Of a stretch of 64,000 nt of DNA, positions 32,362-41,385 are shown piece by piece. Position 1 is the stretch's first letter. Each line of letters begins with the position of its first letter. This DNA is from Nitrospirota bacterium (lineage in GTDB: Bacteria > Nitrospirota > Thermodesulfovibrionia > Thermodesulfovibrionales > Dissulfurispiraceae), in the NCBI GenBank assembly GCA_040754455.1, contig JBFMCP010000011.1:11463-75462 (forward strand). Direction: 5' to 3'. A program made the position numbers and the translations under genes. The notes below the pieces were generated by a model. That model was not told the origin of the DNA, made no database searches, and saw only the letters and a program-made list of their open reading frames with translations.

Positions 32362-33575
32362 TACTGCCTGCCCTCCCTGATAAAGTAGTCCATCAATCTA
32401 TATCCTTCCTCAACGACCATGATATCCTTTCTGGTCGTGATGGTTTCATCATAGGTAACACCTTCGTTGTTCTTTCCGGCGCGGCTGTCGTAGATGACGA
32501 ACGGCACCGGCTCATCCGTATGTGTTCTGATCGCGATGGGCGTCGGATGGTCGGGCATGAGCAGCACGCGAAACTCCTTGAACCGCATATGCAGCCCTTT
32601 CATCAACGGCCCGACAACACGGGCATCGAAATCCTCTATAGCCTTCAATTTGTTTTTGTAATCACCCGAGTGGCCTGCCTCGTCGGGGGCCTCGATATGC
32701 ACATAGACGAAATCGACCTCGTCCAGCGCCTTGAGTGCGTAGTCCACTTTTCCATCATAGTTCGTATCGAGCCAGCCCGTTGCACCGGGCACATTGAGCA
32801 CCTTGAATCCGGCATAGGTGCCGAGCCCTTTAGTGAGATCAACGGCGGAGATGAGCGCTCCCGTTATATTGTACTTCTCTCTATATGTGGGCAGCTGCGG
32901 CCGCTTTCCCTGGCCCCAAAGCCAGATGCTGGTTGCCGGTTTCTTGCCGTTTCTTACCCGCTCTTTATTTACCGGATGGTCTTTGAGAACGCCGACCGAA
33001 CGGTGCATCAGTTCGCGCAGCACCGCTTCACCCTCCCCTCTGGGCAGGTACGCCTCGATCTCTCTCTCAAGGATATCGTGGGGCGGCGTGCATTCCACAT
33101 CATCCGTTCCACCTTTCCACACCATCAAATGACGGTAGCTGACCCCCGGATAGAACCGTATCTTCTCATTTCCCAATTCGGCCTTGACCGTCTCGATCAG
33201 CGCCCGCGCCTCACCAGTCGTAATGTGGCCGCTGCTGTAATCATCCATAACCGTTTTACCCTCATCATCTCTGAGCGTCACGAAATTGCAGCGGTATGCC
33301 ACATCGTCGGCATCAAGCGTAACGCCGATGCTCGCCGCTTCGAGGGGAGCCCTCCCTGTATAGTAGAGGCCCGGATCATAGCCGAGAATGCTCAGGTTCG
33401 CCACGTCGGAGCCGGGATGAAAGCCTTTAGGCACTGTGCGCACGCTGCCGATCGTGCCCTCACGTGCAAGCCTGTCCATAAACGGCGTCGATGCCTTCTG
33501 GAGCAGCGTCAGCCCCCCGAGCTCCGCAAGGGGCCTGTCCGCCATACCGTCTCCGATGATGACGACATATTTCAT
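32361..33575 (-). CDS. Cofactor-independent phosphoglycerate mutase ApgM family (subgroup proposed to act as homoserine kinase)
   Basis: [45 protein letters not shown]...THT..PVPF. Lies among aspartate-pathway genes. Confidence 0.88.
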   Translation of the reverse strand: MKYVVIIGDGMADRPLAELGGLTLLQKASTPFMDRLAREGTIGSVRTVPKGFHPGSDVANLSILGYDPGLYYTGRAPLEAASIGVTLDADDVAYRCNFVTLRDDEGKTVMDDYSSGHITTGEARALIETVKAELGNEKIRFYPGVSYRHLMVWKGGTDDVECTPPHDILEREIEAYLPRGEGEAVLRELMHRSVGVLKDHPVNKERVRNGKKPATSIWLWGQGKRPQLPTYREKYNITGALISAVDLTKGLGTYAGFKVLNVPGATGWLDTNYDGKVDYALKALDEVDFVYVHIEAPDEAGHSGDYKNKLKAIEDFDARVVGPLMKGLHMRFKEFRVLLMPDHPTPIAIRTHTDEPVPFVIYDSRAGKNNEGVTYDETITTRKDIMVVEEGYRLMDYFIREGRQ

Positions 33576-33653
33576 AGGATACTTTCCCTTATCTTCCCGG
33601 CCTCATTGAATTCCGGTTTAATCTTTCGCAATGCTGAACAGTGCTACAAGACC

Positions 33654-33890
33654 TCACTCGATCACATCTCCCTCGACCAACTCTACCTCGATGCCCTGCT
33701 CTCTGAGCGACTGGATTCCTTTTTCAAGGTTTTCAGCGGTACCTTCGAGCTCCAGCACCATCTCTCCGACGGTATCGGTAACTCTCGCCCTGCGTATATT
33801 GGGCAGAACATCATACTTCTTGGCCATGGTGAAGATAACCGGCTCTCTGATAAGCTGCTGAGGAAATGTCAGTTTCACTCGCCTCTTCAT
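33654..33890 (-). CDS. Stand-alone NIL-domain protein
   Basis: V.LTFP..LI.EPVI......YDV.PNIRRA.V....GE.VLELEG. Confidence 0.85.
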   Translation of the reverse strand: MKRRVKLTFPQQLIREPVIFTMAKKYDVLPNIRRARVTDTVGEMVLELEGTAENLEKGIQSLREQGIEVELVEGDVIE

Positions 33891-33902
33891 AAAACCCCCT
33901 CT

Positions 33903-34038
33903 TTTAGAGTTATAGCGTTGTGCGTTATTGCGTTTATCGCATGATAAAACAATCGAATACTATACAGTACGCGTAAAGCTTTACGCTATAACAAGGTTTT
34001 TCGCGCTATAACGCTGCACGCTCAACGCTCGGCGCGTT
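33903..34038. repeat. Palindromic GCGTT-type repeat element overlapping the sulfur carrier 3' end
   Basis: TATAGCGTT GTGCGTT ATTGCGTT ... GCGCTAT AACGCTGC ACGCTC AACGCTC. Confidence 0.6.
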
Positions 34039-34311
34039 GCTGCCTCCCGCAATGGCCGGGACAATCGAGACCTCGTCACCGTCCTTCACCTTCGTCTGCT
34101 CCGCCTGCAGAAAGCGTATATCTTCCTCGTTCACATAAATATTGACAAACCTTCTGACCTTGCCACCCTCGGAAATCCTCTCGGCAATGCCGGGATACTT
34201 TGTCTCAAGGTCATTGATGAGTTCCAGTATCGTGCCCGCCTTCCCCTCAACCTCTTCCTTTCCCTGCGTCAGTCTCTGAAGGGGTGTCGGAATCCTTACT
34301 TTTACTGCCAT
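34006..34311 (-). CDS. MoaD/ThiS/CysO-family ubiquitin-like sulfur carrier with an 11-aa extension after GG
   Basis: MAVKVRIPTPLQRLT.G...RRFVNIYVNEEDIRFL....T..KDGDEVSIVPAIAGG-SNAPSVERAAL. Confidence 0.92.
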   Translation of the reverse strand: MAVKVRIPTPLQRLTQGKEEVEGKAGTILELINDLETKYPGIAERISEGGKVRRFVNIYVNEEDIRFLQAEQTKVKDGDEVSIVPAIAGGSNAPSVERAAL

Positions 34312-34324
34312 GTGACCACCTCCC

Positions 34325-34411
34325 AATTACAAAATTTAAAAATCAAAATGAAAAATGCAAAATTATGGAGTTCCGCATCTTTACTTTTTTCATTTTGCAC
34401 TTTGAATTTTA
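34325..34411. repeat. Palindromic heptamer repeat element (A/T-rich)
   Basis: CAAAATT TAAAAAT CAAAATG AAAAATG CAAAATT ... CATTTTG CACTTTG AATTTT; right arm overlaps the 3' end of the thrC-like gene. Confidence 0.7.
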
Positions 34412-35631
34412 TTGAGCACCGCTTCAAAGGCGCCGAGGTTCGGCTTTATGTGATGCACTGCCGTAGTATGTCCGGTGAGGGCTTCCTGTGTTTTTAGCCC
34501 GTTTCCGGTAATACAAATGACCGTTGTTTCATGCTTTCCGATCCTGCCCTGCTCGATCAGCTTCTTTGTCGTGGCGACGGTGACGCCGCCCGCAGTCTCT
34601 GCGAAGATGCCTTCCGTCCGCGCAAGCAGTTTCATTCCTTCGATGATCTCTTCATCGGAGACATCCTCGCCGTATCCGCCGGTCTCCTTGACGATACGGC
34701 TTGCGTAAAAGCCGTCTGCGGGATTGCCGATGGCAAGCGATTTCGCGACCGTCTGGGGTCTGACCGGCCGAATAATATCAGTGCCCTGCTTTATGGCAGC
34801 CGTAATCGGAGAACAGCCGGTCGCCTGGGCGGCAAACACCTTCGTATCGAGTCCTTTGATGATGCCGATCTCCTTGAACTCCTTGAAGGCTTTCCATACC
34901 TTGGTGAGCAGCGACCCGCTTGCGCAGGGAACGACGACATTATCCGGCGCCTTCCATCCCAGCTGCTCGATGATCTCGAAGCCCTGGCTCTTCGATCCTT
35001 CGGCATAAAAGGGCCGTATATTGATGTTGACAAAGGCCCAGCGGTACTTGTTCGCTATTTCGCTGCAGAGCCTGTTCACCTCGTCGTAGTTGCCGTCGAC
35101 GGCAACTACATTCGGCTCATAGACGAGTGAGGCGATGATTTTAGTCGGCTCCAGTGTTGCGGGAATAAAGACAAAACGCTTGAACCCCGCCGTCGCCCCA
35201 TGGGCGGAAACGGAATGCGCAAGGTTGCCGGTAGAAGCGCAGGCGACTGTGTCGAAGCCGAATTCCTTCGCTTTGGTAAGGGCGACGGCAACCACCCTGT
35301 CTTTAAATGATAAGGTAGGATGGACCACAGTGTCATCTTTGACGTACAGTTCTTTGACGCCGAGCTCCTTTGCAAGGTTATCGGCCTTTACCAGAGGAGT
35401 GAATCCTGAGTTCAGACCGACCCGGGGCTCGCCATCAATGGGTAGCAGTTCTTTATAGCGCCAGAGATTTTTCCCTCTCTTTTCGATCGCTTTTCGGTTA
35501 AGCACTTGCTGAATCCCTTTGTAGTCATAACTGACTTCGAGAGGGCCAAAACAGAATTCGCAGACATATATAGGTTCAACAGGATACTCCCTGCCGCATT
35601 CTCTGCACTTAAGACCTTTCACATATCCCAT
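34390..35631 (-). CDS. Threonine synthase-like PLP enzyme (possible O-phosphohomoserine sulfhydrylase)
   Basis: N-terminal CRECG/CEFCFGPL Zn ribbon, TPLV, PTLSFKDR (PLP Lys), ASTGNLA, ITGNGLKT. Directly upstream of the sulfur carrier. Confidence 0.88.
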   Translation of the reverse strand: MGYVKGLKCRECGREYPVEPIYVCEFCFGPLEVSYDYKGIQQVLNRKAIEKRGKNLWRYKELLPIDGEPRVGLNSGFTPLVKADNLAKELGVKELYVKDDTVVHPTLSFKDRVVAVALTKAKEFGFDTVACASTGNLAHSVSAHGATAGFKRFVFIPATLEPTKIIASLVYEPNVVAVDGNYDEVNRLCSEIANKYRWAFVNINIRPFYAEGSKSQGFEIIEQLGWKAPDNVVVPCASGSLLTKVWKAFKEFKEIGIIKGLDTKVFAAQATGCSPITAAIKQGTDIIRPVRPQTVAKSLAIGNPADGFYASRIVKETGGYGEDVSDEEIIEGMKLLARTEGIFAETAGGVTVATTKKLIEQGRIGKHETTVICITGNGLKTQEALTGHTTAVHHIKPNLGAFEAVLNKIQSAK

Positions 35632-35703
35632 CGAGAACCTCCTGTTATTCCAGCGAAACGTTCAGGGGCAACCCTCCGCGGGAAGGCTTGAAAATAAAAG
35701 TAT

Positions 35704-35732
35704 ATTTTACTCCAAAAGTGAAAGAAAATCAA
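35704..35732 (-). promoter_or_regulatory. Putative sigma-70 promoter for the thrC-like/carrier unit
   Basis: TTGATT-N17-TAAAAT on the minus strand, about 70 nt upstream of the ATG. Confidence 0.55.
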
Positions 35733-35791
35733 AGCAGTTCGGACCCATTCGGCGGGGAGCCTGCATGATATTCCGAGGCCCGGTCAATCGC

Positions 35792-36193
35792 CTAACGCAG
35801 CACAAGGCCGATCTCTTTTACCTTTCCCTCTTTAATCGAAAATCCTTTCGCTACCGGCTCTCTTTCCGCCAGGCTCACAATAAGATAGGCACATTCATCA
35901 TAAAAGGCGAGGCTTACGTCCTTTGCGGAAGGATACGCTGCAGAGGCGGGATGGGAATGGAAGATGGCGACCATCGAGAGGCCTTTCTCCCTCATGTCCT
36001 TCATCGCAAGAAACTGCTCCTTCGGGTCCATCAGATAGCTCACCGGCGATGATTCACTATTGGTCATTTTATAAAGCGCCGAAACCTCGCTGCCATGTCC
36101 TGCAAGGATACCGCACACCTCGTTCGGACGGCCCTCCTTGCAATAAGCAATCATCTCGTCAAAAATGTGATAGGGAACTATCAATTGATCCAT
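35792..36193 (-). CDS. JAB/MPN+ (M67, Mec-like) metallopeptidase
   Basis: PNEVCGILAG, AIFHSHPASAAYPSAKD (HxH-x7-S-xx-D JAMM motif), YLIVSL. Confidence 0.92.
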   Translation of the reverse strand: MDQLIVPYHIFDEMIAYCKEGRPNEVCGILAGHGSEVSALYKMTNSESSPVSYLMDPKEQFLAMKDMREKGLSMVAIFHSHPASAAYPSAKDVSLAFYDECAYLIVSLAEREPVAKGFSIKEGKVKEIGLVLR

Positions 36194-36280
36194 GAAGAAA
36201 AAACAAAATGTAAAAAGCGACGTGAAAAATAAGGAATCATCAATGTTTATTTTTGCTCTTTGATCGTTGCATTCTTGATC

Positions 36281-37081
36281 TTACAATCTGCAATACCCTC
36301 CCTCGTAATCCTGCAGCGCAGTGATGGTCGGGTGCTCTCCGCAGACCGGGCATTCGGGATTCTTCGGTACCCTGACCCTTCTGAACGTTACCCTCAGCGC
36401 ATCATAAATCAGGAGCGCATTTTTGAGCAGTTCGCCTTTTCCGAGAAGAATCTTGATCACCTCGATCGCCTGCAACGAGCCGACGACGCCCGTAATCGCG
36501 CCGATAACGCCCGCCTCCTGGCATGAGGGGACAAGCCCCGCAGGGGGCATATCTTCAAAGAGGCAGCGGTAGCAGTGGCCCTCGCCAGGCATAATGGTCG
36601 TCACCTGGCCCTCGAACCTGAGGATCGCACCGCTCACCAGGGGCTTTTTCGCCAGCACACAGGCATCGTTCACCAGGTACCGCGTCGGGAAGTTATCACT
36701 GCCGTCGACGACAACATCATACTCCCCTATCAGATCCATGATATTGTCCTTCGAGATCCTCTCCTTCATGCCTATGATCCTCACATCGGGATTAAGCGCT
36801 TCGAACGTCGCCTTTGCAGAGTCGACCTTATGGAGGCCCAGCGTCTTGGTGCTGTGGGCGATCTGACGCTGCAGGTTGCTCAGCTCGACCGTGTCATTAT
36901 CGATCATTCCGATCGTGCCTACCCCCGCAGCAGCAAGGTAGTAGCCGACAGGACACCCGAGTCCCCCCGCGCCGACAATGAACACCTTTGCATTGAGCAG
37001 CTTCTTCTGGCCCTTTCCACCGACTTCGGGAAGAATAATGTGGCGGCTGTACCGCTGCAATTGATCCTCGTTGAACTCCAT
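36281..37081 (-). CDS. MoeB/ThiF-family E1-like adenylyltransferase (no C-terminal rhodanese)
   Basis: RYSRHI.LPEVG..GQ.KL, GAGGLG, SNLQRQ, DGSDNFPTRYLVND, CYRC, SCQEAGV, CPVC. Confidence 0.93.
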   Translation of the reverse strand: MEFNEDQLQRYSRHIILPEVGGKGQKKLLNAKVFIVGAGGLGCPVGYYLAAAGVGTIGMIDNDTVELSNLQRQIAHSTKTLGLHKVDSAKATFEALNPDVRIIGMKERISKDNIMDLIGEYDVVVDGSDNFPTRYLVNDACVLAKKPLVSGAILRFEGQVTTIMPGEGHCYRCLFEDMPPAGLVPSCQEAGVIGAITGVVGSLQAIEVIKILLGKGELLKNALLIYDALRVTFRRVRVPKNPECPVCGEHPTITALQDYEGGYCRL

Positions 37082-37094
37082 CCTGTTACCCCCG

Positions 37095-37340
37095 CTACTC
37101 TTTTTCTTTTTTTATGACGATACGCCAATCGGAACTATTGACCTTTTCCACAGCCAGCACCTTTTGGCCGTGGTCCTCCATGGATTTGGGAATACTCCTC
37201 GATGCCTCCTCATAATCGAGGACTATTTCGAGCACTTCGCCTACTTCCATGTCCTCGATGGCGAGCTTTGCTTTCACGAAGGTATAAGGGCATACCAGTC
37301 CTTTAATGTTGATGCTCTTATCGATCTTTGTTTCCCCCAT
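37095..37340 (-). CDS. TusA/SirA-family sulfurtransferase
   Basis: I.GLVCPY..VKAK......GEVLEIV.D. Confidence 0.9.
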   Translation of the reverse strand: MGETKIDKSINIKGLVCPYTFVKAKLAIEDMEVGEVLEIVLDYEEASRSIPKSMEDHGQKVLAVEKVNSSDWRIVIKKEKE

Positions 37341-37355
37341 CTGGCACGTCCCCTA

Positions 37356-37423
37356 TCAGTTCACCGTTCACGGTTCACTGTCCATAGTAAAAACAACACC
37401 AATGAGCAATGAACTATGAGCAA
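37356..37423. repeat. Palindromic heptamer repeat element
   Basis: GTTCACC GTTCACG GTTCACT GTCCATA ... ATGAGCA ATGAACT ATGAGCA. Confidence 0.75.
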
Positions 37424-37426
37424 AGG

Positions 37427-38746
37427 TTACTCTTCGCTTCCCTCAACCCTGATAACAAGCGTTTTATCGGAAACTATGGGGAGGCCGTCGATTTCCCGTA
37501 TTGCGCTCAGTACATCCCGCTCTTTGGCCCTGTGGGTGAGCACAACAAGGGGAACAGACCCGCCGATCCTTCTGCCCTTCTGGATAACCGATGCGATGCT
37601 TATATTGTTTTTGCCGAGGACACCCGATATCTTCGAAAGCACTCCCGGCTCATCCATCGCGGCAAACCTGAAGTAGTACATACTCTCGATGTCCTCCATC
37701 TTCCTGATCCGCTTTTGCCCGCTGCGCGACGCCTCTTTTGTAACGATACCGGAGCCGCTCATAACACCGCCGCTCACCATGGATTTTCCAATCTCAACAA
37801 TGTCGGCAACCACAGCGCTCCCGGTAGGCATATCACCGGCCCCCCTGCCGTAGTAGAGCGTTGAGCCCACGGCATCGCCTTCGACATAAACGGCATTGAA
37901 GACGCCATCCACTTTCGAGATGAGATACTCATTCGGGACCATAGTGGGATGGACTCTCATTTCAACCTCTCCGTCGGAGGCCTTGGTGATGGCCAGGAGC
38001 TTCACCTTATAGCCGAGCTCCGAGGCGAATTCGATATCCTGCGCCGTTACCTTCGTGATACCCTCTCTGTATACCTCGCCGTATGAGAGCGGGATCCCGT
38101 AGGCGAGCGATGACAGTATGGTCAGCTTGTGTGCCGTATCAATGCCTTCGATATCAAACGTGGGGTCTGCCTCGGCATAGCCGAGCCGCTGCGCCTCTTG
38201 CAGCGCAGATGAAAACTCCACCTTCTCGTTCGTCATCTTCGTAAGGATATAATTAGAGGTCCCGTTGATGATGCCGTAGACAGCGATGATGTTATTGGCA
38301 ACAAGCCCCTCCCTCAGAACCTTTATGATCGGAATGCCACCCGCAACCGCTGCCTCAAACCCGACAGCGACTCCCGCCTTTGCGGCCTCGGCGAATATTT
38401 CATTCCCCTCGGTCGCCAGCAGTGCCTTGTTCGCGGTAACCACATGCTTTTTATTGCTGATCGCCTGGAGCATGAACTCCTTCGCGGGATGGATACCGCC
38501 CATCAGTTCCACGACAATATCTATTTCGGGATCGTTGATAAGCTCCCTGGCATCGGTAGTGAGCACGCCGGCGGGGACCTTAATGCCCCTATCCCTTGTT
38601 ATATCGAGGTCGGCAATTCTCTTGAGTACAATGTCGATGCCCGCCCGCTCTTTGATAATGCCGCTGTTCTCAAGGAGAATCCTCGCCGCGCCGGTGCCGA
38701 CTGTTCCGAAACCGATAATGCCAACGGTGATCTTATCTTTTCTCAT
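37427..38746 (-). CDS. hom: Homoserine dehydrogenase with C-terminal ACT domain
   Basis: GIIGFGTVG, VVTANKAL, EAAVAGGIP, GIINGTSNYIL, GYAEADPT.D, YGRGAG..PT.SAV. Confidence 0.95.
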   Translation of the reverse strand: MRKDKITVGIIGFGTVGTGAARILLENSGIIKERAGIDIVLKRIADLDITRDRGIKVPAGVLTTDARELINDPEIDIVVELMGGIHPAKEFMLQAISNKKHVVTANKALLATEGNEIFAEAAKAGVAVGFEAAVAGGIPIIKVLREGLVANNIIAVYGIINGTSNYILTKMTNEKVEFSSALQEAQRLGYAEADPTFDIEGIDTAHKLTILSSLAYGIPLSYGEVYREGITKVTAQDIEFASELGYKVKLLAITKASDGEVEMRVHPTMVPNEYLISKVDGVFNAVYVEGDAVGSTLYYGRGAGDMPTGSAVVADIVEIGKSMVSGGVMSGSGIVTKEASRSGQKRIRKMEDIESMYYFRFAAMDEPGVLSKISGVLGKNNISIASVIQKGRRIGGSVPLVVLTHRAKERDVLSAIREIDGLPIVSDKTLVIRVEGSEE

Positions 38747-38756
38747 AGTATCTTCC

Positions 38757-39935
38757 TCACCCTTTATTCAGTACTTTCTTTATGCCTGCCGTTGCCTGGC
38801 GTATCCTGTGCTCATTTTCGACAAGGGCAAACCTGACGTAATGATCGCCGCCCTCGCCGAAGCCGATGCCGGGAGATACCGCCACCTTTGCTTCGGTGAT
38901 CAGAAATTTGCAGAATTCGAGCGACCCCATCTTTTTGAACTGCTCCGGGATTTCCGCCCAGACGAACATGGTCGCCTTTGGTGCAGGCACATTCCATCCC
39001 GCACTCTTCAATCCCTTGATGAGTGCATTCCGGCGGGACTGATAAATCTTTCGGATATCTTCAACACACTCCTGGGGCCCCCGCAGCGCGACGATGCTCG
39101 CGATCTGTATAGGCTGGAACATGCCGTAATCGAGATAGCTCTTTATCTTGATCAGCGCGCCCACCACCTCTTTGTTGCCGCAGCAGAAGCCGACCCTCCA
39201 GCCTGCCATGGAATAGCTCTTGGTGAGCGAATAGAATTCGACCGCTACATCTTTTGCCCCCGGGACCTGAAGGATGCTCGGCGCCGCGTAATCATCGAAC
39301 GTGAGGTCTGCATAGGCAAAATCCTGCAGCACGATAATGTTGTTCTCCCGGGCAAAATCCACGACCTTCCGAAAGAAGTCCAGCCCCTCGACCACCGTGG
39401 TTGTCGGGTTATGGGGGAAATTCAGGATAAGCATCTTCGGCCGCGGCCAGGTGTTCCTGAGCGACCTCTCAAGCTCCTCAAAGAAATCGTATCCCGGACC
39501 GATCGGGACACTGATCACCTCGCCGCCCGCGATGATCGCGCTGTAGGGATGAATGGGATAGGCGGGCGTCGGTGTCATCACCACATCACCGGGCTGGATC
39601 GTGGCTAGAGCCAGATGCGAAAGCCCCTCCTTGGAGCCGATGGTGACCACCGCTTCGGATTCAGGATCGATGTCGACATCGAACCGTCTCTTGTACCATT
39701 CGGAGATGGCGCACCGCAGCTGGGTTATTCCTTTCGATGCGGAATAGCGGTGGTTCTTCGGATTATGGGATGCCTCGCAGAGCTTTTCGACAATATGCTT
39801 CGGCGTCGGCATATCGGGGTTCCCCATGCCGAGGTCGATGATGTCCTCACCTTTTCTCCTATAATCCATCTTCAGGGTATTGACGATGGCAAATACATAC
39901 GGCGGCAGCCGTTTTACCCTGTTAAACTCGAACAT
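38757..39935 (-). CDS. Class I PLP aminotransferase (AlaC / LL-DAP aminotransferase-like)
   Basis: [51 protein letters not shown]. Confidence 0.88.
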   Translation of the reverse strand: MFEFNRVKRLPPYVFAIVNTLKMDYRRKGEDIIDLGMGNPDMPTPKHIVEKLCEASHNPKNHRYSASKGITQLRCAISEWYKRRFDVDIDPESEAVVTIGSKEGLSHLALATIQPGDVVMTPTPAYPIHPYSAIIAGGEVISVPIGPGYDFFEELERSLRNTWPRPKMLILNFPHNPTTTVVEGLDFFRKVVDFARENNIIVLQDFAYADLTFDDYAAPSILQVPGAKDVAVEFYSLTKSYSMAGWRVGFCCGNKEVVGALIKIKSYLDYGMFQPIQIASIVALRGPQECVEDIRKIYQSRRNALIKGLKSAGWNVPAPKATMFVWAEIPEQFKKMGSLEFCKFLITEAKVAVSPGIGFGEGGDHYVRFALVENEHRIRQATAGIKKVLNKG

Positions 39936-39953
39936 CTACGCACTCCTCCTCAA

Positions 39954-40056
39954 AGACAGAATTCAGGAGCCAGGAACCAGAATAAGAATACTTTTACTCT
40001 CTTAAAGATATTCTTACACCTTACCCCTGGATTCTGACTTCTGTCTCCTGAGTTCT
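39954..40056. repeat. Palindromic heptamer repeat element
   Basis: AGACAGA ATTCAGG AGCCAGG AACCAGA ATAAGA ... CCTGGAT TCTGACT TCTGTCT CCTGAGT TCT. Confidence 0.75.
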
Positions 40057-40940
40057 CATTCTTCTTTATTGTACATTTCTTCTGCATTCATTGAGCTCCT
40101 CACCAGCGGCCCAGAAGCGACAAAGGCAAATCCCAGAGCAAGAGCTCTCTCTTTTAGGTCGTTAAAGATTTCTGGTTTTATGTATTCTACAACAGGAAGG
40201 TTCTTTTTTGTAGGTCGCAGATACTGGCCTATGGTCAGAACACTGCAGCCTGTCTGCCTCAGATCGCCGAAAAGTTCGAGGAGTTCGCTTTCTGTTTCGC
40301 CGAGCCCTACCATGAGCCCTGACTTTGTCGCTATATCAGGGGCGATCTCTTTTGCTCGCTGCAGCACCTGCAGCGAACGCTCGTAGTCAGCCTGCGGCCG
40401 CACCCGGGCATAGAGCCTCTTGACGGTCTCGATATTGTGATTGAAGACATCGGGACGGGCTTCAAGAACTGTCTGCAACGCGTGCTCGTCGCCCTTGAAA
40501 TCAGGGGTAAGCACTTCAATTTTAGTATCGGGCAACGTACTCCTCACCGCCGTAATGGTAGCGGCAAAATGAGCGGCGCCGCCGTCGGGCAGATCATCCC
40601 TCGTCACCGAGGTGATCACCACATACTTCAGGCCCAAGGCGTGTGCAGCTTCCGCCACCCTTTCCGGCTCGGCAGCATCGACGGCGGAGGGAGCGCCTGT
40701 TGCAACGGCACAGAAAGCGCAATCTCGCGTACAGCAATCCCCGAGGATCATGAAGGTCGCCGTCGGCTTTGAAAAACAGTACCCCCTGTTGGGACAGCGC
40801 GCCTCTTCACACACGGTCGAGAGCCGATGACCTCTCAAAAGGCTCTTTGTCGCATGCAGCCCTGCGTGTCGTTCGGCGAGAGCCCCTGAAGACTCAGGAG
40901 CCCCTGCTGCTTTGACTCTTATCCATTCAGGCAAGCGCAT
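40056..40940 (-). CDS. lipA: Lipoyl synthase
   Basis: TVCEEARCPNRGYC, CTRDCAFC, VITSVTRDDL.DGGA, NHNIETV, GQYLRP, GPLVRSS. Confidence 0.95.
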   Translation of the reverse strand: MRLPEWIRVKAAGAPESSGALAERHAGLHATKSLLRGHRLSTVCEEARCPNRGYCFSKPTATFMILGDCCTRDCAFCAVATGAPSAVDAAEPERVAEAAHALGLKYVVITSVTRDDLPDGGAAHFAATITAVRSTLPDTKIEVLTPDFKGDEHALQTVLEARPDVFNHNIETVKRLYARVRPQADYERSLQVLQRAKEIAPDIATKSGLMVGLGETESELLELFGDLRQTGCSVLTIGQYLRPTKKNLPVVEYIKPEIFNDLKERALALGFAFVASGPLVRSSMNAEEMYNKEE

Positions 40941-41014
40941 ATCGGATAAAAAATTTAATATATAAGTGTACCACGTTTTTTGTCATAAGGTCTGCCTTGA
41001 TTGTTGGGGGGCGC

Positions 41015-41043
41015 AAAAAAGAGGGCCTTGAACAGGCCCTCTT
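41015..41043 (-). terminator. Intrinsic terminator after the cold-shock gene
   Basis: AAGAGGGCCT-GTTCA-AGGCCCTCTT-TTTT on the minus strand. Confidence 0.8.
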
Positions 41044-41070
41044 GATGTAATTTTAAATTATAATTGCGTG

Positions 41071-41277
41071 TTAGCTCAGTTTTTCTACATTAATTGCCTT
41101 TGGTCCGCGGTCACCTTCGACGATGTCAAACTGGACCTTCTGGCCTTCGGCCAGTGTTTTAAATCCCTCGGACTTGATTGCTGAGTAGTGAACAAAGACA
41201 TCTGCTCCATTCTCCTGCTGGATGAATCCAAACCCCTTCGCTTCATTAAACCACTTCACCTTTCCTTCGAACGCCAT
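41071..41277 (-). CDS. Cold-shock protein (CspA family)
   Basis: [24 protein letters not shown]...GFKTL.EGQ.V.F. Confidence 0.95.
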   Translation of the reverse strand: MAFEGKVKWFNEAKGFGFIQQENGADVFVHYSAIKSEGFKTLAEGQKVQFDIVEGDRGPKAINVEKLS

Positions 41278-41385
41278 AACAACCACGCCTCCTTGTTTTC
41301 CCTGTCTCCAGGGTTGCTAAATAACGAAACAAAGTATCGCATACTCATTTATACCATGTACTTACCTCAAATGTCAAAGGGAAAA

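Noticed and set aside
32520..33944. 474-aa plus-strand ORF, and similar long ORFs at 18770-20134, 38286-39608, 47005-48273 and 54041-55405
   Set aside because: Antisense to well-supported genes; expected from GC-rich codon bias.
35645..35690. Full SAM-I riboswitch in the thrC-like leader
   Set aside because: Only a GGAGGG...CCC..GAA fragment resembles SAM-I P2; P1, P3 and P4 motifs are absent. Kept only as an unclassified candidate.
34006..37340. E1 + JAB + Ubl as an anti-phage ubiquitin-like system (CBASS/Bil) or Moco/thiamine genes
   Set aside because: No E2, cyclase or effector, and no moaE/thiG; the context is amino-acid biosynthesis.
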